Under the pieces are notes generated by a model. The model ran no database searches and was not told the origin of the DNA. It saw only the letters and a program-made list of their open reading frames with translations. A stretch of 57,448 bases of DNA, counting the filler, from Sphacelaria rigidula (lineage: Eukaryota): NCBI GenBank assembly GCA_964200075.2. It is 4 parts of 4 records of this genome, joined end to end, with 100 filler letters (N's around TTAATTAATTAA, not from the genome) between each part and the next. Parts side by side here need not be neighbours in the genome. Positions count along the whole stretch, not along the records: positions 43,164 to 57,448 come from CAXNAA020002335.1; 3 more parts are not named here. One strand, 5' to 3'. This document shows, one piece after another, positions 52,016 to 57,448 of the stretch (position 1 is its first letter; the number at the start of each line of letters is the position of its first letter). Both the position numbers and the translations under genes were made by a program.

Positions 52016-55000
52016 GCGTCTGCTGTGTAATTTTTCAGAACACCAGTTCTTGTAGAGGTTGAAGTCGACTCTACTCACCAGTGAGGTAGCAAGGACTGGA
52101 TCTTGTAAGCTGGGGCAGTTCGTATGCCGCTGGAAAAGGTGTTCTAGCGATGGATTTGAACTTTTGCATCCGACGCTACAAACTTTGGAGTCATGCTGCG
52201 TGAGCGGCAAAGGCCTGCAAGGAGACACACAGCTCTAGTGTGATAAGAGCCTCATGGTAGAAATGGCGAACTGGCGCGTTACGACAGTAGAGGAAAACAT
52301 GTGGTGGAGAACACCCGCGTGGGCAATGACCGCATCTATGACAAAGATGCGGTGCGACGGGGGGCGAAAATAGAGCACGTGTTTTGCAGGTTTCCACGCT
52401 GGATAGACCCTCAACAACAATATACTTGGCGCAAGGAAATACTATCGCGTTCAGTCGCCCATCACCTTGGTGCTTCTGCATTCCTCTAGACATCAAGGCG
52501 ATTCCCCCGTTTCCGATGCGCACGCACACCATACTTCCTCACAGCTGCGGCGTGTTCGCTTTGTTTGCGGCCCCCCTGCTCCCCTCTCTTCCTCCCCTCC
52601 CTCTCTGCGGGTATGCGTCTCACCTATCCTGCCTGTCTCCCCCACTGCAATACTTTTCACCCCAAATTGTACTGTGCTCCCGCCGCTCCCCCCCGGGTAG
52701 ATTCTGGACGGAGCGATCCAAACGCGATGGAAGATATTGCCACAAGAACAGCGGGATGGCATCAAGACGTACGTGGTGGGCAAGATCATTCAGGTATGTG
52801 CGTGTGTTTGTGGTCAGGCGCGATAGCGTGGCGCTCTCCTGTCTTCACAAGCCGTTTCGAGGGGTGAAGGAGCGGGCGGCGCGCGGGGGAATGGCGCGTC
52901 AATAGTTTTCACATATCCGCCGTTATACCTGTCTTTTTCCACACCCTGGGCAAAAGGTTATATTGTAGAAGAATGTACTGCGTACAGTATGGAATCTAGT
53001 GTCTGCTGCGATAGGCGCAATAGTCATGTACAGTATGGAATCTAGTGTCTGCTGCGATAGGCGCAATAGTCATCCTGTACACAGTACACTCTTTGACAGT
53101 GTATTCAACGATCCGGAGTATGTCCTTTTCACGTGCTCATTCCACACAACCAGTTGTGACGTAATCATGTTTGAGAGTGTTGCTTGAGTCGACGAGCAAT
53201 GCTTCTTTTTTTTCCTCACACTTTGAACCCCTCCCCTTTCTCGGGATGAGCCCGTGGTGTCAAAGAATCAACCCATCTCTCCCCCGGTACGTGCCTTTCA
53301 TTTTGGTCTCGCGGATCGGATCAGCACTCCCGCACCGCGTCAACTCACGTCACATAAACCCATTCGACTACTTTGTTTACTCACGTTCTCACGCTTTCTA
53401 TGGTAGAAATCATATGTAATGAAGAAAAAGCCCAACGCATCGGGAATCGAACCCCCGTTCTCTCCACCCTAATGGCGACAGTCGGACCATTACACGACCG
53501 GGGCGCGGCGGCATGGTTGCAAAATTATTTCGTTTTTCCCGCGCCCGGTTCGGAGATGATCGCGTGAAAAATCCTATTTCGTTCTCATTTTGTGAAAATA
53601 TTTCTCGAGGGGTATTCTCGATGTTGTTGGCGAAACTGCAAACGTGCGCTTCCACGGAGCAACACTGAACAGTCCAAAAATATGCTCCCACCGTCCACGA
53701 GGTGTCCGTTTGAAATGTAGAACACGTTCACTATTGCTTTCACCCCCCTTGAGAAGAAAAGGATACCCAGTGCTCACATCATGGAATGAAGGCGCCTTGT
53801 AATTGGCAGAAGTTCTTGGGCTACATCAGAGGGCGATCCACAGGCACCTACTGTCTGGTCAAATCAGCACACAATTTAGTGTTGGATAAACGTCCATATT
53901 GATAGGGCGCCCGCACCATGGGTGGCATTTAGCGCGTTTGTGCGCTACTAGCTTTGACCGCGAGGCGGGGGGAAGGGGTAAGGGGCGGTGATGTCGCCGT
54001 ACAGGTAATAGTCCAATGCCTTGAGTGAACCTGTATATTCTTGTGTCACTAATTCGCTCCGGTTCAAATGGTGCGCACGATCTGGTGGTGCTTCGAGGCG
54101 GGTGACTTGTTCCTGTACGCAGTAACGGCTGTCTCTGGTGTTTGGTCAACGGGACGTCGCCTGATACACGTCCCTCTCCTCTGGTGAACGTGCTTGTCCT
54201 GCCGTGATCTTTGCTGGGCGTGCAGCTTTCACAAACGGAAGAGTCGTTACGATCGGAGCGGATATTCATCAACAAGATTAATCTGGTAAGCTTTGTGGTT
54301 CTTTCTCTGTGTTTTAACTTTATCTTCCGTAGGTGGTATACGGCGTATATCACCCCCTGGAAAGTTTCCCTCTTCAGTATCATTTTCTCAAGGCCAGGTC
54401 GATTAGAGTATACTCAATCGTGGGGTATTCTGAAAGTCGTGCTTGAAGTACACGAATTGGGGGGTAGGGTTTTAGGGATCGCTTCTCCAGTCATGTTTTG
54501 AGTACAATACGGCTCCCATCACTCAACTCTAATTTGAGTACCTCAAGTACGTCACTCAAATACCCCGCGATTGAGTATACTCCACTCGACCTGCCCCTGC
54601 AATTTTTCTCTCGTGTTATGCGGTGGCCACGTTGCCGAAAGTTGTTTGTTCATGAATAATTAGCGATGAATTTTCTTGTTTCTGTCCCTGAGAGCATGTT
54701 GTATGCTGTCTCGTCATGCTTTTCTTTTACCGTGTTGTGGCGGTTTGTCAGGGGTAGTACCTTATTATCTTGCACTCAATCTCCATGTATCTCGGAAGCA
54801 TGCTCTTCCTCATAGAAGTTATCGTGATGCCTTCGCGAGGAATACTGAGGTGGACTTGTTTTGTTACTTTTGTCGGTTTAACATTTCCTAATTTACGGGG
54901 GATGGCGATTGTCTCGTGAGCCTCGGAGGTGTTTCGTACTGCCACACTGCTGTGTGTCAGCTGTGTGCGCGAAGGCCGAGGACTCGGGTGCGATCGAAGA

Positions 55001-56630
55001 GTGCAAGAAGAAGGGTAGCCCGGGAAAACGACAAATCCTCTCATCTTCGTGGAGTATGACAACACGCTGGGAATGAAGGGGAGCATGGCCCGAAATGACA
55101 GACCATCCGTTTACAATAAACGTTCGCGCAAAGGATATCCCGGGCAAATACTAAATCCCGGGTCATAGACTTGCAAGTGTTTGAACATGGCTCAACGTTC
55201 ATTTTTTCGTGAAAGTGTGCTCTCCCGTCAAAGGTTGTCACGAGGACCTGTCCAGGAAACTTACACAGGCGGAGGCCTGTGTGCTATTTTCTTGTATTGG
55301 TTTTGCTAACCCCGAGTTTTTTCTATTGATCATGCCGCACCCCTTTCCGCCGTGGTGATGTGAGATCAAGTGGATGCCTAATTTCCTGTAGTAATTCTGA
55401 CGTGCAACACCGAAGCTATGATGACGAGAGTGTAATTGACGAAGTCCCCTACTCCTCTCCACCGTCACCTGGCGACCCTGGTCGTCTCTTGTTACGCATC
55501 GATCATTCAGGTCTTGGTGGCGATTCTGAAGCAAGAATGGCCGCACAATTGGCCAAGTTTTATCTCTGATATCTGCGAGGCCAGCAAGGTAAGCCTGCGC
55601 TAGTGTACTTTGAGCGTACCCGCAGAGAAACAGTACGTGGAAGCACACATCATCGCTACCGTGCGTGGTCGACGATGAATGGGTAAAACCATGGTGGATA
55701 AATGCATGAATGAAAGGGATGGATGCCCCAGAGAGATTCACGGCTAGATTAGTCCGAAGCACCGCCGTTGCGTGCCTAGATACCTGACAGCGAGCAACGC
55801 ATTACACGGGGGGATATCATGATGTATGTTTTTGATCATCTCTCTCCCCGTAACACTGTTACCCCGCTGTGCTTTTTTGTTGCTCTTGATGTGCGTGTGT
55901 GTGCGTATGCGTCAAGACGAACGAAGTGTTGTGCGAGAACAACATGCAAATCCTCAAACTTTTGAGCGAGGAGGTGTTCGATTTCAGCAAGGATCAGATG
56001 ACCACCGCTAAGATCAAGAAGATGAAGGAGAGCCTCAACGATGTAAGAGCCACGACGGGGGGGGGGGGTTGTGCATGGTGTGTACGAGAAACAGGTGGTA
56101 CAGCAGGTGGATATAAGTCTTGATTCATTTTTTGTGGTTCTCGTTGATGCGTTTTCGCTGTTTTTTTGTCCCACCCCTTTCGATATATCGTGTTCATTCC
56201 CTGTTCTTCCCTTGTTGTTTGATGGTATTCATTGTTGTCGCTGTCGTTGTCGTTGTCGTCTTCATGTTAAAAACCGTTTCGATATCTGCATAGTCCCCCG
56301 TACCGAGCATCTTCGTGGTCGTGCTCTTTCGTTGCCATGATTCGAGTATATGGGCGTGGTTGCCGTTCACTGCCCGACTGTTGTTGTCTATTGTAGCCCG
56401 TAGTCGCTTGGGCTGTGACTCATCGCTCGTGCCTTTCCTGTTGGAAACCCCACTCGCACGTGTGCATCGCCACCCCGCTATTCTCAGGAGTTCGCGAAAA
56501 TCTACGAGCTATGTGAATTCATCCTAGACCGGAGTCAACGGCCATCGCTTCTGAACGTCACCCTCCACACGTTGCAGCGCTTCCTCACGTGGATCCCTTT
56601 GGGATACATATTCGAGAGTCAGCTTATCGA
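47095..56630 (+). CDS. XPO1: Exportin-1 (CRM1), first 7 exons; gene continues beyond the window
   Basis: Phase-consistent exons: 47095-47196 ([17 protein letters not shown]), 49932-50048, 52701-52793 ([21 protein letters not shown]), 54226-54285, 55511-55588 ([17 protein letters not shown]), 55917-56042 ([20 protein letters not shown]), 56488-56630 ([12 protein letters not shown]). Confidence 0.97.
48670..49593. mobile_element. Cluster of ~200-bp MITEs (family C) in XPO1 intron 1, one split by a SINE
   Basis: The TIR caggt.gagtagagtatactc.attgcggggtattttg and its complement recur several times; one complete unit at about 49263-49458. Confidence 0.8.
48783..49133 (-). mobile_element. tRNA-derived SINE family 1, copy 7
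   Basis: A and B boxes, shared body and tail; flanked on both sides by MITE-C sequence. Confidence 0.9.
50430..52350 (-). mobile_element. Possible decayed non-LTR retrotransposon fragment in XPO1 intron 2
   Basis: [22 protein letters not shown] resembles the CCHC zinc knuckle at LINE ORF2 C-termini, and the surrounding frames are broken. No reverse-transcriptase motif seen. Confidence 0.25.
52982..53073. repeat. Perfect 46-bp tandem duplication
   Basis: gtacagtatggaatctagtgtctgctgcgataggcgcaatagtcat x2. Confidence 0.95.
53206..53506 (-). mobile_element. tRNA-derived SINE family 2, copy 2
   Basis: Homologous to 21494-21769 with about 25-30 extra internal nt; A box, B box and A tail present. 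Confidence 0.85.
54395..54593. mobile_element. MITE family C, solo copy in XPO1 intron 4
   Basis: TIRs caggtcgattagagtatactcaatcgtggggtatt / aataccccgcgattgagtatactccactcgacctg; the interior is the inverted homolog of 49263-49458. Confidence 0.85.
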
Positions 56631-57448
56631 GTGAGAATTCCAAGTTGATCTACCGTTGGCGTTGACCGCGGTATGTGTTGACATTGACTAGTGAGACTGC
56701 TGGTGGGTTTTTTTTTTTCAGAGAGGTAGTTGTTGTTTTGCAACAGTCTTGACGCTTGTTCGCGACATCAGACGGTGGAGGTGAGTAAGTTGTTGAAATT
56801 TTGGAGATACAAAAATTGAACTTATTACTATCATGTGTCTCACGGCAACGCTGGATTTTTCATCGTCTTCCGAGTGACTGGTGGAGGTCGTTCAAGCATA
56901 TCCCCGGGGACAACCCTCCTTCTCCGCGTCGTCGCCACTTGCCGTTTCTTGGACGGCAAGATGACAGTACCAAACAAGATATGCTATGAGACACAATCGT
57001 CCGTACATATCACTTGTTGCACTGAGTCTTCATTTATGCAGTCCCCGGTTACACATGTCATTTTCCACTGCCATGTTCTGAGTGTTGACTGTGCCCTTGG
57101 GTTCCCTTCGCACTGAGATATTTGATCTGTAGACCACGGATTTGGATGCAGGGGGGCCAATGGGAAAGAAAATCGTGGTTCGCTCCTGTCAATGCCCCCC
57201 TCCCTCCCCCGCAAGGCGCATATTACCTCGCATTCCTATTTGTTACTGCTCTTGGCGGGAGGAGGAGAAGGCACGTGCAGTACCTCTTTTGAGCATTTGC
57301 TTCAAAATCACAGTCTCTTTCTCTGCCACATCCTGTCTGACACAAGAATCTTCTCGCATATCATCTGTACCTCTTTCCGATCTTGTGTGACCCACATCTT
57401 CCTGACCCCTTTATGTGTATCTTTTTCTGACAATACTGTACTACATTT

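Overview
Eukaryotic, intron-rich genomic DNA, most likely a brown alga or another photosynthetic stramenopile. This is inferred from long GT-AG introns, bipartite plastid-targeting peptides and head-to-head gene pairs. The window is not one locus: four scaffolds of 14,289, 14,287, 14,287 and 14,285 nt are joined by artificial 100-nt N44-TTAATTAATTAA-N44 linkers. Genes were rebuilt by hand with splice-phase checks. Recognisable ones are the last exon of ribose-phosphate pyrophosphokinase, glyoxalase I, a plastid thioredoxin, the last exon of TAD3/ADAT3 and the first 7 exons of exportin-1. Less well characterised ones are a plastid-targeted protein with EPPQG and GLWIWGLFKEPLYP motifs, a Pro-rich first exon, a Siva-like zinc-finger gene and two unknown genes. 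Non-coding space is dense with small mobile elements: two tRNA-derived SINE families (7 and 2 copies), hAT-type elements with 8-bp TSDs, nested MITEs, foldbacks and a probable Penelope-like GIY-YIG relic that ends in the same 19-nt tail as the main SINE. No CRISPR array, rRNA or intact tRNA was seen. The best leads are the possible Penelope-SINE pairing, the structured SINE 3' end and the Siva-like gene. All homology calls come from motif recall, not database searches.
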